DNA from: an uncultured Candidatus Saccharibacteria bacterium
GTDB lineage: Bacteria; Patescibacteriota; Minisyncoccia; Phycocordibacterales; UBA9973
Length of the DNA: 64,000 nt
Direction of reading: 5' to 3'
NCBI GenBank assembly: GCA_964527235.1
Contig: CAZGNC010000002.1
Coordinates: 82,381 to 146,380, forward strand
Position 1 is the first letter of the stretch; every line of letters begins with the position of its first letter. Below the pieces are notes generated by a model. It saw nothing but the letters and a program-made list of their open reading frames with translations, searched no databases and had not been told where the DNA came from. The position numbers were made by a program, and so were the translations under genes. Positions 49,002-57,155 of this stretch are shown here, piece after piece.

Positions 49002-49074
49002 GGTCGGGCCGCTGGGAATTGAACCCAGTCTAAATGCTCCCAAAGCACTTGTACTACCGGTATACTACGGCCCG
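49001..49074 (-). tRNA. tRNA-Pro(TGG) with encoded CCA
   Basis: CGGGCCG acceptor stem, AGTGC-TTTGGGA-GCATT anticodon arm, GTTCAATT T-loop, 3' ACCA. Confidence 0.93.
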
Positions 49075-49102
49075 TAACTTACAAAACTATTTGCCGAGTA
49101 TA

Positions 49103-49510
49103 TCACAGAATAATGTTTTTGACGACTTCTACCCTAGCTTTCTTGTTTTTTGTGTCTAGGAATACAACCAGTAAATCAACCTGCCAGTCTTGTTCATCTG
49201 GTGTATCTTTGTGCAGGAGGTATGTTTGGACCGTTCTTGATAGCCTTTTAAGCTTCCAGGGATGCATATTGTCCTCTGGTCGGTAGTCGTTTGTTTCATG
49301 TGTAACATCAGCAAGGTCTGACCTTGAGACACTTTTTACCTCTACAAAGTGAAGTTTGTTGTCCTTTTGAGCTATAATGTCTATTTCACCCCACTTCTTA
49401 GTGTAATTTCTTTCTAAAACCTCAAAACCTTGTTTCACGAGAAACCTTGTGGCGATGTTTTCTCCTGCTTCTCCTAGCTTTTGTGTGTCGGAAGTGAATT
49501 TTTTAGGCAT
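49103..49510 (-). CDS. yraN: YraN family putative endonuclease
   Basis: LGEAGENIA, LERNY...GEIDIIA, LHFVEVK. Confidence 0.88.
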   Translation of the reverse strand: MPKKFTSDTQKLGEAGENIATRFLVKQGFEVLERNYTKKWGEIDIIAQKDNKLHFVEVKSVSRSDLADVTHETNDYRPEDNMHPWKLKRLSRTVQTYLLHKDTPDEQDWQVDLLVVFLDTKNKKARVEVVKNIIL

Positions 49511-49647
49511 ATTGATTGATGTTTCATAAGAAACATGTTTCACGTGAAACGTTATGTGGTTTTTTGATGTCTTTTACTAAAATAACCTTATTTTACAACG
49601 TATTTTGAATAAAAAGGTGCTAAAAAGACACAAATTCAAACTGTCCT

Positions 49648-49676
49648 TTATTCACATACTAACAGACTTATCCACA
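49648..49676 (+). promoter_or_regulatory. Paired DnaA boxes inside the parS cluster
   Basis: TTATTCACA (49648-49656) and TTATCCACA (49668-49676). Confidence 0.6.
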
Positions 49677-49751
49677 GTTTCTGTTAATATGTTGATATTA
49701 TAAGTGTATATCTAAGGGACATAGACTAAAATTTGAACTAGGACGAATTTG

Positions 49752-49823
49752 TGCACCCGGAGGGATTCGAACCCCCAATGACAGTTCCGAAGACTGTAGT
49801 GATATCCATTTCACCACGGGTGC
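49752..49823 (-). tRNA. tRNA-Arg(TCG)
   Basis: GCACCCG acceptor stem, ACAGT-CTTCGGA-ACTGT anticodon arm, GTTCGAAT T-loop; no encoded CCA. Confidence 0.93.
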
Positions 49824-49943
49824 AATTGGAAACATTATACCCCATACTTGTGAATTTTCATAATATCCTTATTTTAATAGCTTATTTAAATAAATTGCAA
49901 TATGGTAAAATTAATATATAATTAAATGGTTAAAAGTAATAAA

Positions 49944-50014
49944 GCGGTCATGGTTTAGTGGTAGAACACGTCCTTGCCAAGGATGAGACGGGAGTTCGAT
50001 TCTCCCTGGCCGCA
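49944..50014 (+). tRNA. tRNA-Gly(GCC)
   Basis: GCGGTCA/TGGCCGC acceptor stem, CGTCC-TTGCCAA-GGATG anticodon arm, GTTCGATT T-loop; no encoded CCA. Confidence 0.95.
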
Positions 50015-50023
50015 CAGAATAGA

Positions 50024-51577
50024 TTGAACTCAACAAAGGAAAACTTAATAAGCAAAATTCCTAAAGAAGTTTCACATGTAACACAAACTCTCGAAAAGGG
50101 TGGTTTTGAGGCGTATTTAGTAGGGGGGTGCGTAAGAGATCTTTTGATGGGTAGGGAACCTAAGGACTGGGATATAACTACAAACGCTAAACCCGAGCAA
50201 ATTGTTGGTTTATTTGAAAAGACTGTTTATGAGAACAATTTTGGTACTGTAGGGGTATTTATTCCATACCAAGATGTGGATCAAGACGTTTCTCGTGAAA
50301 CTAATGAGAACAGTGTTTCACGAGAAACACCAGAATATTTTAGTATAGAGGTAACTCCTTATAGATTAGAGGCAAAATATAGTGATTTTAGGCATCCAGA
50401 CCAGGTTGAGTTCAGCAATAAGCTGGAGGATGATCTTAAAAGACGTGATTTTACCATGAATGCCTTGGCCATGGATGCTAAAGGACAGATAACAGACATG
50501 TTCGGAGGCCTAAAGGACATAGAAACTAAAACAATAAGAACTGTTGGAGCGCCAGGGGATAGGTTTAGTGAAGATGCTTTGCGAATGCTAAGAGCGGTGC
50601 GATTTTCAGTGCAACTCGATTTCTCTATTTCGCATGATGTTACAGAAAGTATTTTTAAAAATGCTGACCTGGTGAAAAAAATTTCAGCAGAAAGAATTCG
50701 CGATGAATTTTCAAAAATAATTTTATCACCAAGTCCAGCTGCTGGGGTTGTGATGTTGCAAAAATTCGGATTGTTGAAAGATGTTATTCCAGAACTTGAA
50801 GAGGGAATTGGTTGCGAGCAATTGGGTGAACATATATATGATGTTTGGGAGCATTTACTCCACGCACTTCAGCATGCGGGGGATAAGAATTGGCCTTTAG
50901 AAATAAGGCTTTCGGCGCTTTTTCATGATATTGGTAAACCGAGAACTCGTAGATTTGATGCCACAAAAGCAGGCGGAAAAGGCAAATATACTTTCTATGG
51001 ACACGAAGTCGTTGGTGCCAGAATGGCAAAAAAAATAATGGAGAGACTAAAGTTTTCTAAAAAAGAGATTGATTTAGTAGAAAAATTAATCCGTAACCAT
51101 ATGTTTTTCTCTGATACTGAAGTTATCACACTTTCGCCAGTTAGAAGAATTATTGCAAAGGTTGGCAAGGAGCACATTTGGGATTTAATGAATGTTCGCG
51201 AGTGTGATCGAGTGGGGATGAGAAAAAAGGAGGCCCCATATCGACTTAGGAAGTATTTTGCAATGATTGAAGAAGCTTTAAGAGATCCCATATCGGTCAG
51301 CGCTTTAAAAATTGATGGAGAGTACATGATTAAAGAGCTTAAAATTAAGCCCGGGCCCAGAATGGGCTGGATTTTACATGCGTTACTGGAAGAAGTTCTA
51401 GATGATCCTAGTAAAAACACCGTCGAACATCTTTCAGAGCTAGTTGCGGGGTTGGATAGGCTACCGGATGGAGCCTTGCGCGCACTAGGAGAGCGGGGCA
51501 AAGAAAAAAAAGAAGAGATAGAAGAGGAAGAGGTGGAGAAATTGCATTCAAAACATGGAGTGCAGAAAAAAAAGTAA
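50024..51577 (+). CDS. cca: CCA tRNA nucleotidyltransferase with HD domain
   Basis: YLVGGCVRDLL...DWD, DLKRRDFTMNA, EDALRMLRA, ISAERI, HDIGK. Start at TTG 50024 because the track start lies inside the tRNA. Confidence 0.92.
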   Translation: MNSTKENLISKIPKEVSHVTQTLEKGGFEAYLVGGCVRDLLMGREPKDWDITTNAKPEQIVGLFEKTVYENNFGTVGVFIPYQDVDQDVSRETNENSVSRETPEYFSIEVTPYRLEAKYSDFRHPDQVEFSNKLEDDLKRRDFTMNALAMDAKGQITDMFGGLKDIETKTIRTVGAPGDRFSEDALRMLRAVRFSVQLDFSISHDVTESIFKNADLVKKISAERIRDEFSKIILSPSPAAGVVMLQKFGLLKDVIPELEEGIGCEQLGEHIYDVWEHLLHALQHAGDKNWPLEIRLSALFHDIGKPRTRRFDATKAGGKGKYTFYGHEVVGARMAKKIMERLKFSKKEIDLVEKLIRNHMFFSDTEVITLSPVRRIIAKVGKEHIWDLMNVRECDRVGMRKKEAPYRLRKYFAMIEEALRDPISVSALKIDGEYMIKELKIKPGPRMGWILHALLEEVLDDPSKNTVEHLSELVAGLDRLPDGALRALGERGKEKKEEIEEEEVEKLHSKHGVQKKK

Positions 51578-51668
51578 AATATCTACCAGACTTTTGCACA
51601 ATTTGTTGTATTTTTCGTGTGATTAAGTGCTATAATAATTAAATTATTATAAGTGCTAAATAAAATCT

Positions 51669-51938
51669 ATGACAGAGGATGAACAATACAGTGCGCTCAT
51701 AAGTGAAATTATCAAAAAGCAATCAATTATTTTGGGTCCTGAAATTGCTGTGCTAAAAGCACGCAGTGTTCCTGGAATAATGGTAGACAATGATGGCAAA
51801 GTTACTGGAGTAGGAGACAATCCAAAAGAAACCTTGCAGAAATTGGTCGACCAATATGTTGAGCTTTCTGGGCAAATTGTTAAGAATGCTCTCGGTTCGA
51901 TATTTGCCAAATATCCAGATTTAAATATCAATAAATAA
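51669..51938 (+). CDS. Small soluble protein heading a signalling operon
   Basis: IIKKQSIILGPEIA...G.V...P...LQKLVDQY..LSG; 89 aa; upstream TGCTATAAT. Confidence 0.7.
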   Translation: MTEDEQYSALISEIIKKQSIILGPEIAVLKARSVPGIMVDNDGKVTGVGDNPKETLQKLVDQYVELSGQIVKNALGSIFAKYPDLNINK

Positions 51939-51941
51939 TTT

Positions 51942-52673
51942 ATGACCACAGAAACATTAATAAGTTTCGCTCGGTTAATCTCATCCTTGGGTTTTCTCTC
52001 TGCTTTCTTTGTTACATTTTTAGCTGTGCGTAGATTTGGTAAATCAGCACTCGGCTCTATCTTTTCTTATATCTTGATCGGGACTGGAATATTTTTTGCT
52101 ATAACAGTTTTTCAACAACTGGGAAATGATTTTTTTAGAATTTCACCTGAATCAATGAGTCTTTGGTGGCACTTGATGTTTTTTATGGCGTTGGCATCTT
52201 TCTACTATGGACTAAAGCTTTTAGTTGGGCTTGGCGCCGCCGAAACAGAGAGCAATAAGGGGCTTAAAATTGGAGTAGAAAAAATTTGGGCTATTGTTGC
52301 TCTGGCTATATTAGTAGGAGTATTTTTCTCGGCGAATTTTTTTGAGTATGGAGTCCTTTCCTATACGAATTCTTCTTTGGGTCAAATGGGGTTTCATCAC
52401 TTTGTTGCGGTGTTACTCTCGGGCATGGTGGGTTCTTATTTACTCTTAGCAAAAAAGGACCTAGGTCAGATAGGGAAAGCTGTCGCCAGTCCGATGATTG
52501 CTGCTATTTGGATATTGAGTTTGCAACATTTCTGGGAATTGTTGGTTGAGAGTTGGCACATAGTTCCAATATCGGGCCACAATAGCGAGGGAGTAGAGCA
52601 AATATTTTTTATTGCAGTAGCGGTAAGTCTCTTGTATGCAGCTTTCAGACTGAAATCTTTCGCTAAGGCTTAA
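51942..52673 (+). CDS. Stand-alone ~7-TM membrane protein with intramembrane histidines
   Basis: About seven hydrophobic helices; WWHLMF, FHHF and QHFWE; internal duplication (FGKSALGSIF / LGQIGKAV). Confidence 0.7.
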   Translation: MTTETLISFARLISSLGFLSAFFVTFLAVRRFGKSALGSIFSYILIGTGIFFAITVFQQLGNDFFRISPESMSLWWHLMFFMALASFYYGLKLLVGLGAAETESNKGLKIGVEKIWAIVALAILVGVFFSANFFEYGVLSYTNSSLGQMGFHHFVAVLLSGMVGSYLLLAKKDLGQIGKAVASPMIAAIWILSLQHFWELLVESWHIVPISGHNSEGVEQIFFIAVAVSLLYAAFRLKSFAKA

Positions 52674-52701
52674 AAATTAAGTTTCGGGGTTATTTTAGAA
52701 A

Positions 52702-54462
52702 ATGATACTAACTATTTTTTCAATAATTCTTGCTATTACTGGAGCATCCACTGCAGTGTATTTTGTTGTTAAAGACCGCCGAGCTAAAATTGCCTTGGCA
52801 AAAAGAGAGCAAGAGGTAAGTCGCCGGATGTACGAATTGGCTATATTGAAAGAACTAGGGGACCGCATCGGGTACTCACTAGATGTGCAGCAAATTGTAG
52901 ACGTGATTACTAGTTCTTTGCATCAGTTTATTGACTATAGTGCTGTGTCTTATATGTTGCTTGAGCCCGAGGAGATAATATTTAAAATTCACCTAGAGAG
53001 ATCAGTTCATCGTAGATTCGTAACTGATATACGTGATCGAATGGTAGGGTCTTTAAGCGCTCTTCTTGATAGAGAATTTGATAAAAAATCTATAAAAGAA
53101 ATTTTATCTGGTGCTATTATCATAGAAGAACTCGAAGAACCAGTTAAATCATTTTTCAACATTCCTCTCGTGATAGATGAGAAGGTTGTAGGTATCTTGA
53201 CTGTCGCTGACACAAAGGCAGGCTTGTACAAAGAAGAGGAGATGACTATTTTGTACAAAATTATCCAGCAAGCCTCAAATGCAGTTACAAGGTTGCAGGG
53301 TGTAGTTAAAACTGAACAAGCCAAAGTAAATGCAATGGTTGAAAGTATGGAAGACGGGGTGGTGATGACAGATGCAGACTTTCGCATTTTAGTTATTAAT
53401 CCTGCAGCTAAAAGAGTTATAGGGCTGGAACACAGGAATGATATTACTATATTTGATTTTATCGATAACCTTGGAGGGAAAGTCGATATTCGTGGAAGAT
53501 TAGAAGAAAGCGTAAAACTAAAAAAGTCATTTACCTCAGAGAAGTTTTTAGTAAGGGAGAAATTTTTTCAAGCTTTTGTGTTTCCTGTTAAAACAAATGC
53601 ATCAATGCCTGGGCAGGATGTTCTGGGTGGGGTTGTAATATTTCACGATGTCACTAAGGAGATGGAGCTGGCTCGAGTGAGGGAAGACTTTACTTCGATG
53701 CTAGTGCATGAACTTCGAACACCACTAGATGTGATAAAGAAATTCAGTGAGATACTAAAGAAGCCAGGTAAAAAAGTAGATGCAGCTTCTTACAAAGAAT
53801 ATATAGGAATGATTCACCAGAATGCATCTGGTATGCTTAATCTTGTTAATGATATTCTGGATATTGCCAAGCTTCAGGCGGGGAAGTTCGAAATAAGTGT
53901 TGTGCCTGGAGACATGGGGGAGATCATAGAAAACAGAATTAAATTTTTTGAAGTTTCTGCTTTAGATAAAAAAATCAAACTCAAGAGTATAGTGAGCCCA
54001 AACATGTCTAAGAACGCTTTGTTTGACCCACTTAGGATAAAAGAAGTTCTTAATAATTTAATTTCAAATGCATTAAAATTTACCAAAGAAAAAGAGACTA
54101 TCTCAATTATAGCTTTTGAGCACGAAGCAGACGCTGATCCTGATACTGAACTTAAGAAACTTAAGGTAGCACTACCTGCACCACTACCCAAAGATGCCTT
54201 TGTTAAATTCCCAGATTCTATTGTGGTATTGGTATCTCACCCTGACGAGGGCATACCGCCAGAGCAAATTGGGGAACTATTCAACAAGTTTAAACAGCTC
54301 AATAATAAAGATTTCGTAACTAACGTGAAAGGCACAGGACTTGGTCTGGCTATAGTTAAGGGCATTGTAGAAGAGCATAAAGGCCACGTCGGGGTAGTTT
54401 CTACTGTAGGGGTTGGCACTGCATTTTACTTCGTGTTACCATTATCTGGAGGAAAAGCTTAG
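52702..54462 (+). CDS. Sensor histidine kinase (TM-GAF-PAS-HisKA-HATPase)
   Basis: GAF IPLVIDEKVVGIL, PAS SMEDGVVMTD...NPAA, H-box HELRTPL, N-box NLISNALKFT, G2 GTGLGL. Confidence 0.92.
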   Translation: MILTIFSIILAITGASTAVYFVVKDRRAKIALAKREQEVSRRMYELAILKELGDRIGYSLDVQQIVDVITSSLHQFIDYSAVSYMLLEPEEIIFKIHLERSVHRRFVTDIRDRMVGSLSALLDREFDKKSIKEILSGAIIIEELEEPVKSFFNIPLVIDEKVVGILTVADTKAGLYKEEEMTILYKIIQQASNAVTRLQGVVKTEQAKVNAMVESMEDGVVMTDADFRILVINPAAKRVIGLEHRNDITIFDFIDNLGGKVDIRGRLEESVKLKKSFTSEKFLVREKFFQAFVFPVKTNASMPGQDVLGGVVIFHDVTKEMELARVREDFTSMLVHELRTPLDVIKKFSEILKKPGKKVDAASYKEYIGMIHQNASGMLNLVNDILDIAKLQAGKFEISVVPGDMGEIIENRIKFFEVSALDKKIKLKSIVSPNMSKNALFDPLRIKEVLNNLISNALKFTKEKETISIIAFEHEADADPDTELKKLKVALPAPLPKDAFVKFPDSIVVLVSHPDEGIPPEQIGELFNKFKQLNNKDFVTNVKGTGLGLAIVKGIVEEHKGHVGVVSTVGVGTAFYFVLPLSGGKA

Positions 54463-54511
54463 CAATAACAAACTATTAGACACCCTCGGGTCATAGTGAT
54501 AAAATACAAAT

Positions 54512-54886
54512 ATGAAAACAATACTTATAATTGATGATGAGGAATATTTCGCAAAGACTATTAGAGAAGTTCTGGATCCTAAGAAATATAAAATAATTAC
54601 TGCCGCAGACGGGGAAGAGGGGTTAAACACTGCTGCCAGAACTCAGCCAGATGCAATATTGCTTGATATCAATATGCCTAAAATGAATGGCTTAGATTTT
54701 TTACGCGCTCTAAAGGGTAATAAAATTCCAATAATCATAACCTCAAATTTGTCTTCTATGCAGACTATCAGTGAGGGAGTGGAGCTGGGAGTACGTGGTT
54801 ACATCGTTAAATCTAACGAATCTACAGAAGCTATAGCTGAAGCAATTGAAGGTCTATTCGTAGTAGCTCCTCCTAAGAAGCTCTAG
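54512..54886 (+). CDS. Single-domain response regulator (receiver)
   Basis: ILIIDDE, LLDINMPKMNG, TSN, YIVKS. Confidence 0.92.
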   Translation: MKTILIIDDEEYFAKTIREVLDPKKYKIITAADGEEGLNTAARTQPDAILLDINMPKMNGLDFLRALKGNKIPIIITSNLSSMQTISEGVELGVRGYIVKSNESTEAIAEAIEGLFVVAPPKKL

Positions 54887-54981
54887 AATCTTTTTTAATG
54901 TTTCGCTCTTTTGAGCTCTTCAGTAAGGATTAACATCCTTAGACATCAGTCCGTCACGTGGACTAAGCGGATAGTTAGATA

Positions 54982-55569
54982 TCAGCTTGATGTTCTCTTT
55001 CTGATTTTGTATGCGTCGACAATGAATCCCAGCGAGATAATCTGCTGGAGAGTGAACCATACGTATTGCTCTCTCCACATGAGCGTTGCAGTCACTACAT
55101 TCATCAGCATGTATGCGAAGTACTGTCGCTCGTCGTCCTTCGCTTGTAGGTACGTCCCAAGCAGAAACCCACCAGAAGCAGCAATTTCCAACCACTGGTT
55201 GATGGTGATGAACCCTCCAAAGTAGTGGAAACTGTAGCCAAGTCCGAACCCGATTAGTATGTATACAATCGGATCAAGCTGGCCGAGTGTCTGATCAATC
55301 TTCTCCTTGGTGGTACCGCGCATCGCGAGCAGGAGCCCGAGCACCATGACCGGAAATGCACCTGCCTCGAGGCCGGCGAATATCCAGTTATCCTTGATAA
55401 GGAGCATTGCGACCACTGCGGGCAATCCCGTGATGTACACCAGCCATGACCTAGTACGCCACGTTTGTGCGACCACTAGATCAATTCGCTTGGTCCGCTC
55501 ATACCGCGAACAGAAGATCTTGTGAAAGAGGTAGAACGCACCTCCCCAAGTTTGTAGAAAGACTTCCAT
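54982..55569 (-). CDS. Multi-TM protein, PnuC-like (nicotinamide riboside/vitamin transporter-like)
   Basis: MEVFLQTWGGAFYL, about 7 TMs, GGAGG SD and TTGACA-N17-TATTAT promoter. The family assignment is tentative. Confidence 0.5.
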   Translation of the reverse strand: MEVFLQTWGGAFYLFHKIFCSRYERTKRIDLVVAQTWRTRSWLVYITGLPAVVAMLLIKDNWIFAGLEAGAFPVMVLGLLLAMRGTTKEKIDQTLGQLDPIVYILIGFGLGYSFHYFGGFITINQWLEIAASGGFLLGTYLQAKDDERQYFAYMLMNVVTATLMWREQYVWFTLQQIISLGFIVDAYKIRKRTSS

Positions 55570-55753
55570 CTGGTCCTCCGTTGTAGGGTTTCGACGAACT
55601 TTCGGATACATAATAGCACTTTTAAGGATTATTGTCAATCTAATTCGTCAATAAATTGTTAAATATATTCAATATTTACAATATCTATTTTAAAAACAGC
55701 GTATTTTTGTCGAAAAATATTGACACAATTTGTTTTCCTGCTAAACTTTAAGT

Positions 55754-56539
55754 ATGGAAGATAGAAATAATGAGTTAAAAAATTCACTCATAGGTGTGGG
55801 GTTAAAGGAGAAGGAGGCGGATGTTTACTTGGCAATTTTATCCCTAGGTCAAGGCACCGCGTCAAAAATAGCACGCAAGGCTAGAATAGTACGTACGACC
55901 GCTTATGATATTTTAAGCTCGCTTTTTGATAAGGGGCTTGTGACTTTGACCGGTAAAGAACCTAAGCAAGAGTATGTGGCTGAATCTCCTGATAATCTTA
56001 AAATTTATATAGAAAGCGAACTGAAGAAAATCCAAACTGATTTAGATGGAGCTAAAAATATTTTAATTCCACAATTAAAATCAATCCATAATTTAAACAA
56101 TCGTCCCAAAGTTTTATTTTATGAAGGGAAAGAAGGGTTGGAGCGTGTCTATGAAGACACTCTTACTTCTAGTGAAGAAATCCTTGCTTATGCTAGTGTC
56201 GAAGATACTGAATTAACCTTGCCCAATTATTTTCCTAATTACTATAAAAGACGTGCCTCAAAAGGAATTTCAATTCGAGCAATATTCCCCGAATCACCAG
56301 AAGCACGCAGTCGAGCCAGTTTAGATAAAGAAGAAAAAAGAACATCTCTTATTGTTCCTGATAAGTATGGATTTCACCCTGAAATAAATATTTACGATAA
56401 TAAAATAATGATAGCTTCCTGGAGGGAGAAGCTTGGTGTGATTATCGAAAGTAGTGAAATCGCTGACGCAATGAAAAAAGTTTTCGAGCTTTCTTGGGCT
56501 GAGGCGAAGCGACTAGATATAGGTAGTTCTAAAACTTAA
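55754..56539 (+). CDS. TrmB family transcriptional regulator
   Basis: GLKEKEADVYLA.L.LG...AS.IA....I.RTT.Y..L..L..KGLV HTH; P.V.FYEG.EG; EINIYDNKI. Confidence 0.88.
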   Translation: MEDRNNELKNSLIGVGLKEKEADVYLAILSLGQGTASKIARKARIVRTTAYDILSSLFDKGLVTLTGKEPKQEYVAESPDNLKIYIESELKKIQTDLDGAKNILIPQLKSIHNLNNRPKVLFYEGKEGLERVYEDTLTSSEEILAYASVEDTELTLPNYFPNYYKRRASKGISIRAIFPESPEARSRASLDKEEKRTSLIVPDKYGFHPEINIYDNKIMIASWREKLGVIIESSEIADAMKKVFELSWAEAKRLDIGSSKT

Positions 56540-57143
56540 AAATTTTCTCGAAGATCCTTGTGCTCCAAGGGGAGAGGTTGAATATCACAGCTAGGGTGAA
56601 AAGCGCTAGCGATATTTCTGTGCCTACAAATGAAAGCGGTATAGCGATGAGGGCGATGAATACTGGCACTAGCGTGCGTACAGTAGAGCCATGTATTTCT
56701 CGTGTGCTTATTTCAGGGTTCTTGATGTGTTCAGAATATAAAACGTAATTGCGCATAGAGAAAAGAGTAAGCCCTATAAGAACAATATGGAATCCAAATA
56801 TCGCCACAGCTAATTCATTATGGCTGAATTTTCCTAGAAGTGAGGCTGAGAAGGGAATAAGGGTGATGAATAAGAAGAATAAGGCATTGATATTTGAAAG
56901 TTTCGCGTCTACGTTTTTGGCATAAATCGAAATAAAGAAGTGGTGCGCTCTCCAGTAGGTGAAGAGTAGCGCAAACGAGAGAACATAACTCGCGAAGTGT
57001 GGGATCAGGCTTCTAAGTGCCATCCATAAATCCAAATTACTTAAAATGGATGCATCGGTTGGTACCTTTATTTCAAAAACTAAAATGGTCATAACGATGG
57101 CAAAGATGCCATCGGAGAGTTGATCTAATCTTGTGTGTGACAT
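56529..57143 (-). CDS. TMEM175 (DUF1211) potassium channel family protein
   Basis: RLDQLSDGIFAIVMTILV, YVLSF...YW..HH, N..FLF.I.LIPF. Confidence 0.88.
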   Translation of the reverse strand: MSHTRLDQLSDGIFAIVMTILVFEIKVPTDASILSNLDLWMALRSLIPHFASYVLSFALLFTYWRAHHFFISIYAKNVDAKLSNINALFFLFITLIPFSASLLGKFSHNELAVAIFGFHIVLIGLTLFSMRNYVLYSEHIKNPEISTREIHGSTVRTLVPVFIALIAIPLSFVGTEISLALFTLAVIFNLSPWSTRIFEKIFKF

Positions 57144-57155
57144 ATCACAAATATA

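Larger units (their letters stand above)
49292..50329. repeat. Cluster of seven parS-like 16-bp palindromes
   Basis: Matches to TGTTTCACGTGAAACA at 49292 (2 mismatches), 49431 (2), 49520 (3), 49536 (1), 50068 (3), 50287 (3) and 50314 (1). Confidence 0.85.

Noticed and set aside
49511-49543. YraN N-terminal extension MKHVSYET
   Set aside because: It is translated from the tandem parS palindromes. ATG 49510 is the more plausible start.
49958-50023. N-terminal extension of Cca in the ORF track (likewise the 49002-49043 extension of the cytidylyltransferase)
   Set aside because: Both extensions are read-through of tRNA genes.
54928-54980. attC-like element (ATCTAAC ... GTTAATC hairpin) after the PnuC-like gene
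   Set aside because: Only 53 bp, imperfect R box, single copy, and no integron integrase in the window.
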